From NCBI RefSeq assembly GCF_009914755.1, contig NC_060925.1: a stretch of DNA of 64,000 bases, one strand, 5' to 3'. Origin of the DNA: the human T2T-CHM13v2.0 reference genome, Homo sapiens. Shown here in pieces: positions 27,901 through 41,434 of this stretch (its first letter is position 1; every line of letters begins with the position of its first letter). A program made the position numbers and the translations under genes. Below the pieces are notes generated by a model. It was not told the origin of the DNA and made no database searches. It saw only the letters and a program-made list of their open reading frames with translations.

Positions 27901-30900
27901 TTGGGCCCCAGGTCTTTTTTTTTCTTTCTTTTTCTTCTGCCGCCGACTCCTCCACCAGGTCTATGCCTTTAACCATCATACTATACTGCTCTTTCCTTTG
28001 TGAGTGCTATTTCCATGTGCATTTTATTATAGGGCATCCATACAGTAAACTTATTACAGAAGACCTTTCTGTTTTTTCAGCTTGTGAAAAATTTCATATC
28101 TTAAAAACTAAGCTACTAGATAGTATTCTCATTTTTCATGCTTATATGAAAGTTTAGCAGGTATTAAAAATTAATATAGTGTGCTCATATGCATTGTGTA
28201 AGAGCTAGTTTTATTGCTTCAGAAGACCATCATTGCAAATTTAAGAATCCTAAACTAGTGCAAGTAATTTGTTGTGGGTTAATGTTCAATAATGAAACAA
28301 TGATTAGGTAGTCCAAGAGTCTGTAATTTTTAATTTCTACCAAAAAGCTTGAAAAAAAATTAGAACTGTATGGATTTTACCTTCAGTTGACCTTATAAAT
28401 TAAACATGGCAAGTAGATATTTTCTGGTGTTTTGATTTATGTTGAACTTTGAATAACCCCTCATGATTATAATTCACTGGAAATGTTTGACATTAGCTAA
28501 TTTTTGAACATTAGCCATGATATTGCCATCCTTGGTACTTTTTGAATTTCAGTGATTTAGAAGATAAAATTTATTAACCAATAATTCTCCTCCCTCCTAC
28601 ATCCTATTCCTCATTCCTCTCCCCTCTTGAGTGACTCAATTTTTGCCAAAGCTGATATTTTTGAAACACTATTTTTATCTCTCTCAAAGTCTGAGAGAGA
28701 TAAAAATAGAAATCATAATAACATAGCCATTGGGAGGTGATTCATATGTAAATACTGTTAGTAATGCTTTAAAAATTTGCTCGAAACCAAAGTCAAATGG
28801 CGACTCATTAAAAAGAATAGTGGAAATATTTCTCCCTATAAAAATTGACAGTTATTAATTTTTCTTAAAAGAGGAAATGGGTTATAAAACCAAAATATAA
28901 AATATTGCAGTGTTACTGAGTCTTGAATATAGTATGCCTTAGTATTTGTGCAAAAAATCTAGTGTGTAGTTTTGACTGCCTATTAACTCTGTTAGAATTC
29001 TCTTTTTAAAAGATTTATAAAAGTTGTAGGACGGGATTGTATACATTTCATGTATGTCTTTAAGTTGTCTTTTTCCTTACCCTATGCACAACAGAATGAC
29101 TTTCTGAGCACATTGAAAATGTTTTAAAAATAGGTAATACATACATATGGCAGAAAAATTCAAAGGTGTATAAAGATATCCTGTGACAAGTAAATCTACC
29201 TCTGACCATAATCCCTTACTTCTTCCAGGTAAAAAACCTTGGTTTTTCTTGTCCATCCTTCCAGAAACATTTTATATATACATGGTTATATAAGTAATAG
29301 TACTTATTTAATTTTAAAAAAACTTTGACATATAAATGGATTATATCATACACACTTTAAAGGCTCTGTATTTTTTTTCTTAAAATTATATGCTCTTTCA
29401 TTTTGGTACTTATAGAGCTACCTCTTTTTAATGACTACATAGTATTTTTATTGTTGATGTACAATAATTTATTTCATCAGCCTCCTGTACCCAGTTGGTG
29501 GGCATTTTAAGTAAGGCTTTAGTGGATATTTTTGTGATACTCTTTTGTTAAAAGGTGGGAATAAATCTTGTAATAGGTAGGTGATAAATTCCTAGAAGTG
29601 GAATTACTCATCAGAAGAGCATACTGTATCTTTTAAATTTTGGTACATATTTACCAAATAGCTTGCATTTAAGTTTGTGAGACTCAAATATATTTAGACC
29701 ACTTAAAATGGATCCTTTCTTATGTAGAGTTATTTCTTTATTCCGATAATTCTCATGGAAGATAGTGTAAGCAGGTGTGTAATTCATGAATTTGCTAATG
29801 GTTTTCTATGATGTGGACAGATTAAGTGATAGCAATATATAACTATCAATTTTGTTTCAACTTTATATATGGCGGTAATTAATTTATTGGCCTTTGTAGC
29901 TAAGTGGGCATAAAGTGTTTATATTCAGACTATGATATTAGTGCCCCAAACTCTATTTCTATTTCTTCCACTTAATTTTATTTATTTATTTCTTCTTCCA
30001 CAAATTTTAATCTTGTTTTACTTTTGTTTATTAGAGAATTTAGCTTAAAGTGGTGGGGTTGGGGGGAGGGCATTAGGACTTTAATTTTTACCAAGAGATT
30101 TGAGAATTTGAGTAAATGCTAATATCAGTATATAGTTTTCAATAGCCTGTGCAAGCCTACTGTCTTCATGTTCATCTTAGCTAATCAGTTTACAGAATGT
30201 AGGATTTAGCATTTGATAGGTATTGATATAATTTTAACACATTAATAGTATATAGAGTGGTAACACTATAAAGTCAGGTATGTAACCATATTATTTCCAG
30301 AATCTAAAATATAAAGGATAGGCATGTACTATAAGTTATTATACAGTTTCACATTAATGCTCAAGGGATCTTATAACATGGCCACTGACATCTAGGTTTT
30401 TTTTTTCTCTTGCCTTTTTTTTTTTTTGGGAGCTCTTTGGGTCCACGTCACCCATATAAGATATTGGTACTAAGCAAAATGCAGTCAATCTGCTACTAAT
30501 GGCAGTATCTGTAGTCTTGCAGATATATCATATGCCTTACTGTTGAACAAACCACACAGCTGCATTTAAAGGTCACTTTTTGCTTAACGGAACTTAGGGG
30601 AACTGATAAAGGCTACTTTTTGCCCATCCCTGACTCCTATCCACATTTATTTTTATTAACATCAAAGTACTGTAAGTTCCAGTGCCAACTGGGCTGAAGA
30701 TTTCTTTTCACAGAGGATTTGCTTCCTTTCCCTCTATGGGAAAGTTCTGTATCCCTTAAATCATTTTAAGCTGCTTCATTTGAAAAATAATTCTTAGTGG
30801 TGTGCTCATGGAGTGGATTGATTGTGGCTACTGGGGAAATTCTCTCATGGCTTAAGTTTTGCTTTTCAAGCCTGCAAAGTGGGTGAATGAAGGGAGCCCA

Positions 30901-32287
30901 CTCCTGGTGTGTGCAGTTTGTAGTGTGCTCAGGATGACGACTGACTTCCAAAAACCTCAGTGCAGCAAGACTAAAGGCATCAGGAGACCAGAAGCCACTT
31001 AATAAGAGATCAAAGAGGCTGTGTGTATATCAGCTTGAAATCCAGATAGTACAGATCAAAAGCTTGCCTTAGTGAGGCAGCTGCAGGGGGATAAAGTTAG
31101 CAGGAGGCCTCAAAGATCTTAAGTCAGGCCTGATGTTGAACTTTGCAGGGATTTCATCGCTCTGGAATACGAATGTGGCAAAAAATCCCATTGTGTCTAG
31201 TGGGGGCGAAAGAGAATAACAGGCAAGCAGCAAATGCTTGTCAGCTTTCTCATAGGGTAGCTTTCCTTTTAACACGTGTTTATCCATGACAGTTTCTGCT
31301 TCATACTTGAAGGCATTGTTGAGGAGGAGAGGATCCTGAAGATGGTGAATCTACTGTATTACCTTTAGTGAGTGTTTCAGACGTGGCCAAACTATAAATA
31401 TTAGTGTTTTTGGAATGGCCATGGAGAGCTAAAATGTGGCCATAAAGGTGCTCAGATTTACTGCCATAACTGGTAATCACATCTCTCCTGCAAAGTGCTC
31501 AAGATATCCAGGAAGTGAGTGGGTATCAGCCTGGCTATGCATCTGTCCCTCATGTAATTAAAAAACAGAACAGCTATTAAAAAAAAAAAGGAAAAGAAAA
31601 AAAAGGAATAGGAACAGTTAATCGAAAGAAGAAACTCGGTCCCCAGAGGTGTTTCATCACCAGTCTTCTACCTGTAGCAATGGATGTGTTCTGGAGTTCC
31701 CAGTTGAGTGTGATGTCAGTATTAAGAACCATGGTAGTAGATAAAGTCATAGCCCTTCCTAGAGTGTGCCAGAGTGATTGAATCAGATTAACAAGTAGGT
31801 ATTGGAAATCTGTTTGTTCAAGGTGTGATGATTTGTGCTCCTCCACCTTGTTTGTGAGTGTCATTTGGAGCAGGCAGTGATCCAGAAAAGCCAGGCTTTC
31901 CCAGTGAGTGCCAGGAAGTGGTGCTGCCTCCTTCTGGTACCAAACATCTAGTCTGTGAATGATGCTTGAAAGCAGATTGACTTGACTGGCTGATTTTTAC
32001 ACACCATTTCTAGGGCTCAAGTTTCCCTTTCAGCCCTTTCCTCTGTATTTTATTTTAATCTGATATTACATTTATCAGTACAGCACTGAACATATGGTAT
32101 GGTTGAGAGGACTAGCTTACGAGTCAGAAAGCTCCCAAACGTCCAGGTTTGCATTCTGGATATACTCTTGGGACTTTGGCAAGCTTGTTAGTCTTTCTTA
32201 TTCTCTGTTTACTAAAATGATAATATCTAAAATAGAAGTAATATTTGCTTTATAAGATTACAAGGACTAAATAAAAAGATGAATATA

Positions 32288-32565
32288 GGCTGGGTGTGGT
32301 GGCTCATGCCTGTAATCCCAACACTGGGAGGCTGAGGCAGGAGGATTACTTGAGGCCAAGAGTTCAAGACCAGCCTGGGCAACACAGTGAAACTGTCTCT
32401 ACAAAACCAAAAAAACTTAGTCAGGCATGGTGGCGTGCACCTGTAGTCCCAGCTACTCGGGAGGCTTGAGTCCAGGAGTTCAGAGGCTGCAGTGAGCTGC
32501 GATCACACCACTGCACTTCAGCCTGGGTGACAGAGTGAGATCAGGTCTCAAAAAAAAAAAAAAAA
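32288..32565 (+). mobile_element. AluJ
   Basis: Alu consensus. Confidence 0.88.
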
Positions 32566-33285
32566 TGCATATAAATGCCTATGCTTTTCTTAACTCAAAA
32601 TAATCAGTGTTCCTATTATATTTACTGAAAAATGATGATAATGATAATGAAGATTTTCGAAGATAGAATCTGGGTACAGATTTGTTGTGCTTGTTATTCA
32701 TTCTCACCTTTAAAAGATATGAGCCAGTAATGGAGACTATAAAAATGAAAAGGTATACTCCTATATATAATAAATATTTGCTGAGCATCTCCTCTTCCAG
32801 GTATTGTTCTAGGCATTGGGGAGCTAGCAGTGAACAAATTAGATGAAGTCTGTCCTCATGGAGTTTAAATTCAATTTGGAGTAGACAGACAGCGGACAAA
32901 TAAGCATATATTACAACAGAATAAAGAGAACAGACTTGGCAACAGCTCTGTACAATATGTTATAATTTTAGCAATGGTGAAAGTAAGACTAAAAGACTCT
33001 CTGAGTGTTATTTCTTGGGATCCAGAGAGGCCCCAGGGGGAATTGAGGTCTGCTGTGTGGACAGTAAGGGATTGGACATTCCAGCCACAGTGAATAACCC
33101 AGAATTAATAAGTTAGTCCTGATTTCATGTTTTTATTTTCTTTTGTAACTAAATTGCTTAATATTTTCCTTAACTTTCAAATTTTATTTATTTTAATGAA
33201 AAATCCCTTGAAAACTTTGTGTTCTGATTTTTTATTTGGAAAACATGGCCACATGGTTTAATAGCTAACAATTACGTACTGCTTA

Positions 33286-33972
33286 CAGTTCCCTCTTTTT
33301 TGAGGTTTCCCTTTCCATGGCATCAATTACCCACTGTCAACTGCAGTCTGAAAATATTAAGCTATTTTTGAGAGAGACCATATTCACATAAATTTTATTA
33401 CCGTGTATTGTTATACTTGTTCTTTTTTTATTATTGTTATTAATCTCTTACTGTGCCTAATTTATAAATTAACCGTTATCATAGGTGATACGGTTTGCCT
33501 CTGTGTCTCTACCCAAATCTCATCTCAAATTATAATCCCCATGTGTCAGGGGAGGGACCTGGTGGGAGGTAATTGGATCATGGGGATGGTTTCCCCCATG
33601 CTGTTCTTATGATAATGAGTGAGTTCTCACAAGATCTGATGGTTTAAAAGTGTGTGGAAGCTCCCCCCTCATTCTCTCTCTCTCCTGCTGCTGTGTAAGA
33701 TGTGCCTTGCTTCCCCTTTGCGTTACACCATGATTGTGAGTTTCCTGAGGTGCCCCCCAGCCATGCGAAACTGTGAGTTAATTAAACCTCCTTTCTTTTA
33801 CAAATTACCCAGTCTCAGGTAGTTCTTTAGAGCAGTGTGAAAATGGACTAATACAACAGGTAAGTATGTAAGGGAACAATCATAATATATATAGGACTTG
33901 GTACTATCTGTGGTTTCAGGTATCTGCTGGGGGTCTTCGAACGTATTCCTTATGGATAAGGGGGGACTACTG
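33286..33972 (+). mobile_element. MER44-like Tigger DNA transposon fossil
   Basis: Right terminal repeat ggataaggggggactactg, degenerate left end cagttccctc, TA flanks. Confidence 0.75.
33486..33855 (+). mobile_element. THE1 (THE1D-like) solo LTR nested in MER44
   Basis: tgatacggtttgcctctgtgtctctacccaaatctcatc...ggactaataca; TSD atagg/acagg. Confidence 0.88.
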
Positions 33973-35425
33973 TACTCTGTGTCAGGAATTGTTTAAAACA
34001 CTTTAGGTATATTGACTGATAAAATCTTCTACAACCTCCAGGCTGTAGGTCCTGTAATCATCCTTGTTTTATGGATAAGGAAAACTGATGCTGAGGTTAA
34101 GGAGTTCACTCATGACCACCCAGTTAGTAAATGGAGCTGAGCTCCTGAGTCTGTGGTTTTGTCAGGTATAGTCTGTAGACCAAAAACAATACTAATTCTT
34201 CATAATTATGGCTCAACTGAAAGGTGATAGAAATTTCTAGTTATTTTGTCATTCTAGAGAAACATACTTAATATAATTTTAAAAGCTTTTCTTCAGATTA
34301 TTCTTGAAGCCTTATGATCCCTTGCCTTTACTCCTCTCACCTGGCCAAAGCTCTTCACTGACATAATTTTTATTTATTTATTTATTTTTTGTCACCCGAG
34401 AGTATAAACTGTATGCTTTACCTTGCATTTCCTAGCAGGACTCCTTGGCCTTTTTCCTGTACAGTTTCAAAGTTAGCAAAGTTTTATTTCTACATATTGT
34501 GTGCTGTATATCAACACTGGTTGACCTTTCAAGGATTAAAAAGAGCAAAACACTGCAGAATCTTTTCTAAAGAATGAAGGGCATCCTGTGACTTTGACGT
34601 GGCTGTGTTGTCAGACAATCTCCCAGTCTAGAGATGGCTCCAATCTTACAGTGTCTGCTCAGGGAGAATGAAGTTTGAGGATGCCATGCTGTTCTGAGCC
34701 TTTCTTTATGCATTCAAGAGGTTATAGATCTGCATATCTGGAGGGCATAGATTCAACCCTGTGTTTTCATATTTTAATATTTGAATGTAACACCACGAGG
34801 TGAGGGGTTTAGCAGATGATAGCACTGTTGGTCTAAGTTACATATGCTCAGTTGAATTTAGAAGGCAGTAAATCGGATGGAAACTCCTCAAACCCATATG
34901 TCCTTTTAACATCTTTTCCATCATAATTCTCATAGTAATAATAGTAATGTTAATATAATAATAATGTTATTATTACTGTGAGAATTATGATGGAAAAGAA
35001 GTTATTACTATGAAGCGATTTCTATGGACTAAGCACATTACATGCTTTTAATAACTGTGAAATCTGTACTATTGTTATTTCCATTTACAAATGAGAAACT
35101 CAAATCTTCATGATTAAACAACTTGATCACTATCATTCGGCTAGTATTTGTGCTTAGGTTAAGTTGACAGTGATTTGTTTGGAAAATTAAATTCCAAAAT
35201 CAGTATTTGCAAAGCTTTTAAGTTTTATATGTCTGTACTTTCCCTGCATCATAATACAGTTTCAACTAATACAACTTTTTTCTGGAAGATAATGGACTAT
35301 TTCTTATTTATAAATTCATATTCTACATTTATAAAAATTGTAAGGTACACTTAACATAAAATTTACCATCATAACTTTTTAAATGAATAGTTTAGTAGTG
35401 TTAAGTATATTCACATTTCAACTAA

Positions 35426-35739
<314 letters not shown>

Positions 35740-38142
35740 TAATTTTAGTGCTTGGGTACTACTGTCTGCCTGGTGGAACCTTAGGCATTTCAGCAAGATG
35801 ATGGGGCTTTTAGATAAAGGATAGTTGTATGATTTGTTTTGTTTTCCTTACAACTAGCAAAAGTCCTGGACCAGGACTGACTGGTAACCATGTAAACAAT
35901 TCCAGCATAACATAAAATTTTCAAGAGATGAAACATCCAAGGAATGTATCTAATACAGAAAGAAGTTATTCAACAGGAGACCAGAAGGGTTATGAGAAAG
36001 GAATAGTCTTCAAGAAGTGATTTCCATGGGACTCCTGCTTAAACCATTTAAAATATTGGGGTGCTTAAAATAGGTTTTTAAAGTACTAAGCTTTATAGGA
36101 TAAAAGTATGTGCAAGCTTATGTACTTTTTGTTCCTCTTAAGAATATATTTTGATCTTTTAGCAGGTTCCTTTGTCCACTTCTCTTCCATTTTGCTTTTT
36201 ATTGCTTTCTGTGCTGTGCTTACTGTGCAGCTCTGGGACTGTTTAGTTCTATGTCTGATGTGTGGAAAAATCTATTCTTACTGCCTAATAGTGTTTAGGA
36301 GGTAATAAGACACAAGGAGCCAGGAACCGTATCAGTTTAATCTATCTTGAGTGGACTGAATGTACTTTGTGGGCACTTATTTTGAACATGATGGTGCTGT
36401 GGTAATTGGTATGATTAGTGTAATACTTTGCTATATTATAAAATAGTTAAAAATGGAGTTAGATGTTAGATAAGATAGCTTGCTCATTATTCATTAGAAT
36501 CAATTAGTTATTACTTTGCATTCACTATAAACACATTTATTTCTCTTTCCCAAAAGTAAATGCTTAGCTTATTGGTCAAATCAGAAGACAGTCTTTTGAA
36601 ATGATTAATTATACCCTATTGTTTTAAACCAGAACTGTTCTCGTCATTTTAATTCAGCTAATGGTTCCTGACATGGCTTCTGTTGCTCTGAAAATGGCAA
36701 AGGAAAAAGAAGAGGTGTTTTAAGATATATCTTATCAAAAAAGGAGACATGCTGTCATATGTATTTTGTTGTTTTTTTTATAGTAAATACCCTTTTTGAG
36801 TTTTGTGACCAAAATGTACATCAATTTCATTGCTGATGCAGTGTTTTGAATTAACTTCTGTCTTTCGTTACTTTTTATAGTGGTTTTGTGAATGTTTGGA
36901 TAGAAACTAGGGACAAATTTGAGTCAAGATACTCTGTCAAATTAAGTTATAGGATTTTAGAGTTGAAAGAAGGGATCATAACTCATGTATCCAACTTTTT
37001 CATTTTACGTTTGTGAGGAAACTGACTCAGAGAAACGAAGACACTCGTGAAACTCTACACATCCAGGTGGGGACCGGGCTAGGTCTCAAAACTTGTCTCT
37101 TCTAATCCACACTCATCTTAACACTAATGGGCTGAATATCTGCCTTCATTCTGTCTGTCTCTTATATATCTTTTCTGCTTTTTAAAAATCTTGGAATTCT
37201 TGTTTTCTGACATTACTCACAACGGAAATTTTAATTCATGCTAGCTGTGCCACCGAGCTTGTGCCGATCACTGTTTTCCTTTTTCCTTAAGGTATACAAA
37301 TCTGTGTGTGAGTGTACGTGTGTATAAAAGAACCTTTCCTTTGCCTCTTTGTACCCAGTTCCTCCTTTTGCCTACCTCCAGAATGAAATAGTTGTCTCCC
37401 TTTTATTTATTTATTTTTAATGTTTTTTAGAGACAAAGTCTCACTGTATTGCCCAGGGTGGTCTTGACCTCCTGGACTCAAGCGATCCTACCCCCTTGGC
37501 CTCCCAAATTGCTGGGATTACACTATGCCCGGCCAGCTGTCTCCCTTTTAAACTTAATGGTTTCTTTCTGCATTCTCTATTTTAGCAACTTCCTTGAGAT
37601 GTTGCTTTGAAGATTAATTTAGCTGTTAATTAATTTAGATTTTAACTTAATACTCCTTAGTTCAAATAATAATGGCCACATTTAAGAGTATACTTTTCAA
37701 GAAGCCAATATCTGGCTACCTGCTGTTTCATAGTTTCCTCAGTTGACCATTATTAAGTTGGAATAATTCTCTTATCCAATATTACAGAGCTAACTATTCA
37801 TGTTGTCCAGAAATTTGTGTGTAGTCCCTTTAAAATTATCTTTGAAACATACTTTCTCTTACTGAAATAAAAATACATATCTGTGGAATGAAGCTGAAAG
37901 CCTAGTTCTGTAGTGACATGTGGTACAGCATTGAACTTGTTGGTTGGTAGATTGTTTCTTTTCACTTGTAGAGTACTTTCTATTTCAGAGTTGATTGAAG
38001 TTGTTTTGCTAGTCCTTCCTTGGAATCATTTCATCCTTGTGAAGGACCTCTGTAATACAGCTGTAGAGCAGGTATTTTGGTGTGGTGAACTATACAACAC
38101 AGCCTAGAACTTTAATAACATACCATTAAGACTATATAAATT

Positions 38143-38436
<294 letters not shown>

Positions 38437-40761
38437 AGACTCTATGAGTTAACCATATTTCCTCTCATGAGTTTAGTTGACCAACTTTATATGTAATACA
38501 CTCAGTTGACAGTAAGAGTCAAAATTATCAAAGGAAATAAACTATGATCCATCTCTTTGCCATCCTGCTGTGTGGTCTTTAAATTCCTATCCTGTTATTT
38601 GATGTCTTTAAAAGTTTGAGTGTTACATACAGAATAAATTTTTTAAAAACAAACAAACCCAAAAGATATTCTTCATTTTGAATGTAGTTAAGTCTTTGTT
38701 ACACCTTGTGTTTCTTTATTGGGGTAATACTGCTAAGCATATAAATGTTAAATATTAGAACAATTCTTGGTATATATCTCCTGTTCTTATTTCCTAAATG
38801 CCTCTTATTGATGCATTTGCCAGTTTATTACCTATGACACTTTTCTTGTTGATTCCTTCTGTCTCCTCTTTATGTCACATTCTCTACTTCGTGTCTTTTC
38901 ACTGAGTTTGCCATGGTAGCTTGGATTTGTCATCTAGGTTTTAGAGCAATTTCACAGCTAGAGCTCTCCACATCTTCGAGTTGATGTCTCTGTCTGTGAC
39001 AGAGCCTGTTTCCGCTGAACCACCTCTCCGCTCTAGGTGATGCTCTTGCACTCTCCCTTAGCTTATGTGAAATCTGGTCTCTTTGATCTTTGGGAATGTA
39101 CACAAATATTCATATAATACATTTTATAGACACATCAGAAACTTTGAATCCCATCCATTTGGGCATAATGATTATCACATGTTTGAATCTGTTCATGTAA
39201 CAGTCTTCTTACGCCCACCAAATGAATGGATTCTTGAGAAAGTAACTGTACATTGAAATTTGGCAAACAAATGCATGTTTTACCTGTACATGCAGGCATG
39301 CTGCACATTCTGTACCCTCTAACTTTTCATCTGCTAGGTACTGAAACATGAACCTCTGGTGGCCAAGTGCAATATTTAGGGGATTCAGTTTTATACACTT
39401 TGGTAAGATGATAAAAATATCTTCTAACATATTTGTCTTCTTTCAACATTTCATTCATTTAGCAAATACTTAAGTTAGAGAAGCAGCATTGCTTAGTGTG
39501 GCTAAAAGCACAAACTCTGGGAATTGACTGGCTGGCTTAATTTCTGGCTCTGCCATTTACCAGCCATGTGCTTTGGTTAAGTTATTTAATTTTTCTCAAT
39601 TTCCTCACCAGGAAAGTGGGGATAATGTTGGTACATACCTACCTCATGATGGTGTGAGAATTAAATGGGTTCAAATAAATAAGATTCTGAGAACAGTGCC
39701 TGGTATGGCAAGAGCTTAGTAAGTGTTACCAGCTGTTGTTGTTATTCCTATATGATGGGATGTGGCTTTTGCTTTTGGTGTACTTGCCGTCCAGTGGGAA
39801 GACGCAAACTAAATAGATAGTCATTCAACATTTTAACTACTCTTCAGTGCCTTCTCCATGACAAGCATTGTAGTAGGCCCTGAAAATCAAGCAAAAACTA
39901 AGCAAACACATTCTTGGTCTCATAAAGCTTACTTTTAGTAGGAAGTAATTTAAAGGAAATAATTTACAATAATTTCAGTAAAATGTAAAAAGTATTTTAA
40001 TGAAGAAAATGCAACAAGCTGTGGATACATCTAACAGGAAGACCAAACTAATTCTAGAAGGTCAAATAGTAAAGGAAATATATTATGATAAATGCTGTAA
40101 TTGAAGGTCTTTTTTGGTTTAGGGATATCACAGAGTAGGAAGTGCTTGGGTCTTCAGGGAGTAAGGGAATGCTTCTCATTGGAGGAGACACTTGAGCTGA
40201 CTCTGGGGCAAACTCTAGACAAGTGGCAGTGGGTCAGGGAGGGCGTTCGTGGCTGAGGGGATGGTTTGCATTAAGCCACGCAGCATGACAAGGCCTTTCA
40301 CAATACCTGGGATAAAGTGTTGGGCAAACGGGAGCAGGCAGTGATATGTATGGGGAAAGTGAGAGACGAGACAGAACTGCAGTTCTGAAGGATTTTCCTT
40401 CCACGAAGAATAAAGGAGTTAGGACTTTATCTTGAAGGCAGTAGGTATCCCTGAAGTACTGTAAGCAGAGGAGGAATTATGATCACCTTTTTATTTTTAA
40501 ACATGGTTCTATTATCTCTCTAGAAAATTGACTCATGGGGGCAAGATTAGAGACAGGTAGACTTATCAGGAAACTGTAGCAGCTGCTCAGAAGTAACGAG
40601 AAGCTGAACCAAGGCTGTGGCAGTGGAAATGGAAAGGAAGAATCAGAAGAGATAAAAGGCTGAGATAAAAAGAACTGACATGCCTTAGTGAGCAACTCAA
40701 TGGAGGGGTGAGGGGGAGAAGGGAATGCTTGAGTATATGCTGATGCCACTCAGAGGATATA

Positions 40762-40973
40762 GGGAGGCCAAGGCGGGAGGATCACTTGAGGCCAGGAGTT
40801 CGAGACCAGCCTAGCCAATATGGCAAAACCCCATCTCTACTAAAAATAGAAAAATTAGCTGGGAGTGACGGCACACACCTGTAACATCAGCTACTCAGGT
40901 GGCTGAGGCATGAGAATCCAGCCTGGGTGACAGAGAGGGATTCTGTCTTAAAAAAAAAAAAAAAAAAAAAAAA
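40762..40973 (+). mobile_element. Truncated Alu with an internal right-arm deletion
   Basis: Junction gagaat|ccagcctggg skips part of the right arm. Confidence 0.85.
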
Positions 40974-41138
40974 GAGGTGTAGGGTACAACTTTCAGAAAT
41001 AAATGGGCTGAACCAAACATATGGTACACTGTTACAGTGTGTATAATAATATAAGCCTTTTGAATAAAGAGGAAAAAAATTCCTTCAGAAGAGAATGGCT
41101 CCCATAGTACATGTTTCTCATGTTCTATGATTGGTCTC

Positions 41139-41155
41139 TGGTGCCCTCTATTGGC
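41139..41155 (-). promoter_or_regulatory. Candidate CTCF site
   Basis: Minus strand GCCAATAGAGGGCACCA versus the core CCASYAGRKGGCRS, one mismatch. Confidence 0.45.
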
Positions 41156-41332
41156 TATTTAGTCTAAAGCGGCATCTTGATTCTTAAACACAATGTTCCT
41201 TGCAGTGTTATTTACCAAAAGAAGAAATATTAGAGATTTTACAATTATGATGAAAGGTGATAAAAACTGATGGGGATTTTGTTTTTAGTAGGAAGACAGT
41301 TAAAATAATTTCAGCAAGGTGCCATCAGGGGT

Positions 41333-41434
41333 GTGCACATTGGCAGCACATATACTAAAATTGGAATGATACAGAGATCAGCACGACCCTTGTGCAAGAA
41401 TAACATGCACATTTGTGAAGCGCTTCATATATTT
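41333..41434 (+). pseudogene. Second, more diverged U6 snRNA pseudogene
   Basis: ggcagcacatatactaaaattggaatgatacagagatcagcacgacccttgtgcaagaataac...gtgaagcgcttcatat. No clear TSD. From memory possibly RNU6-1177P (unverified). Confidence 0.88.
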
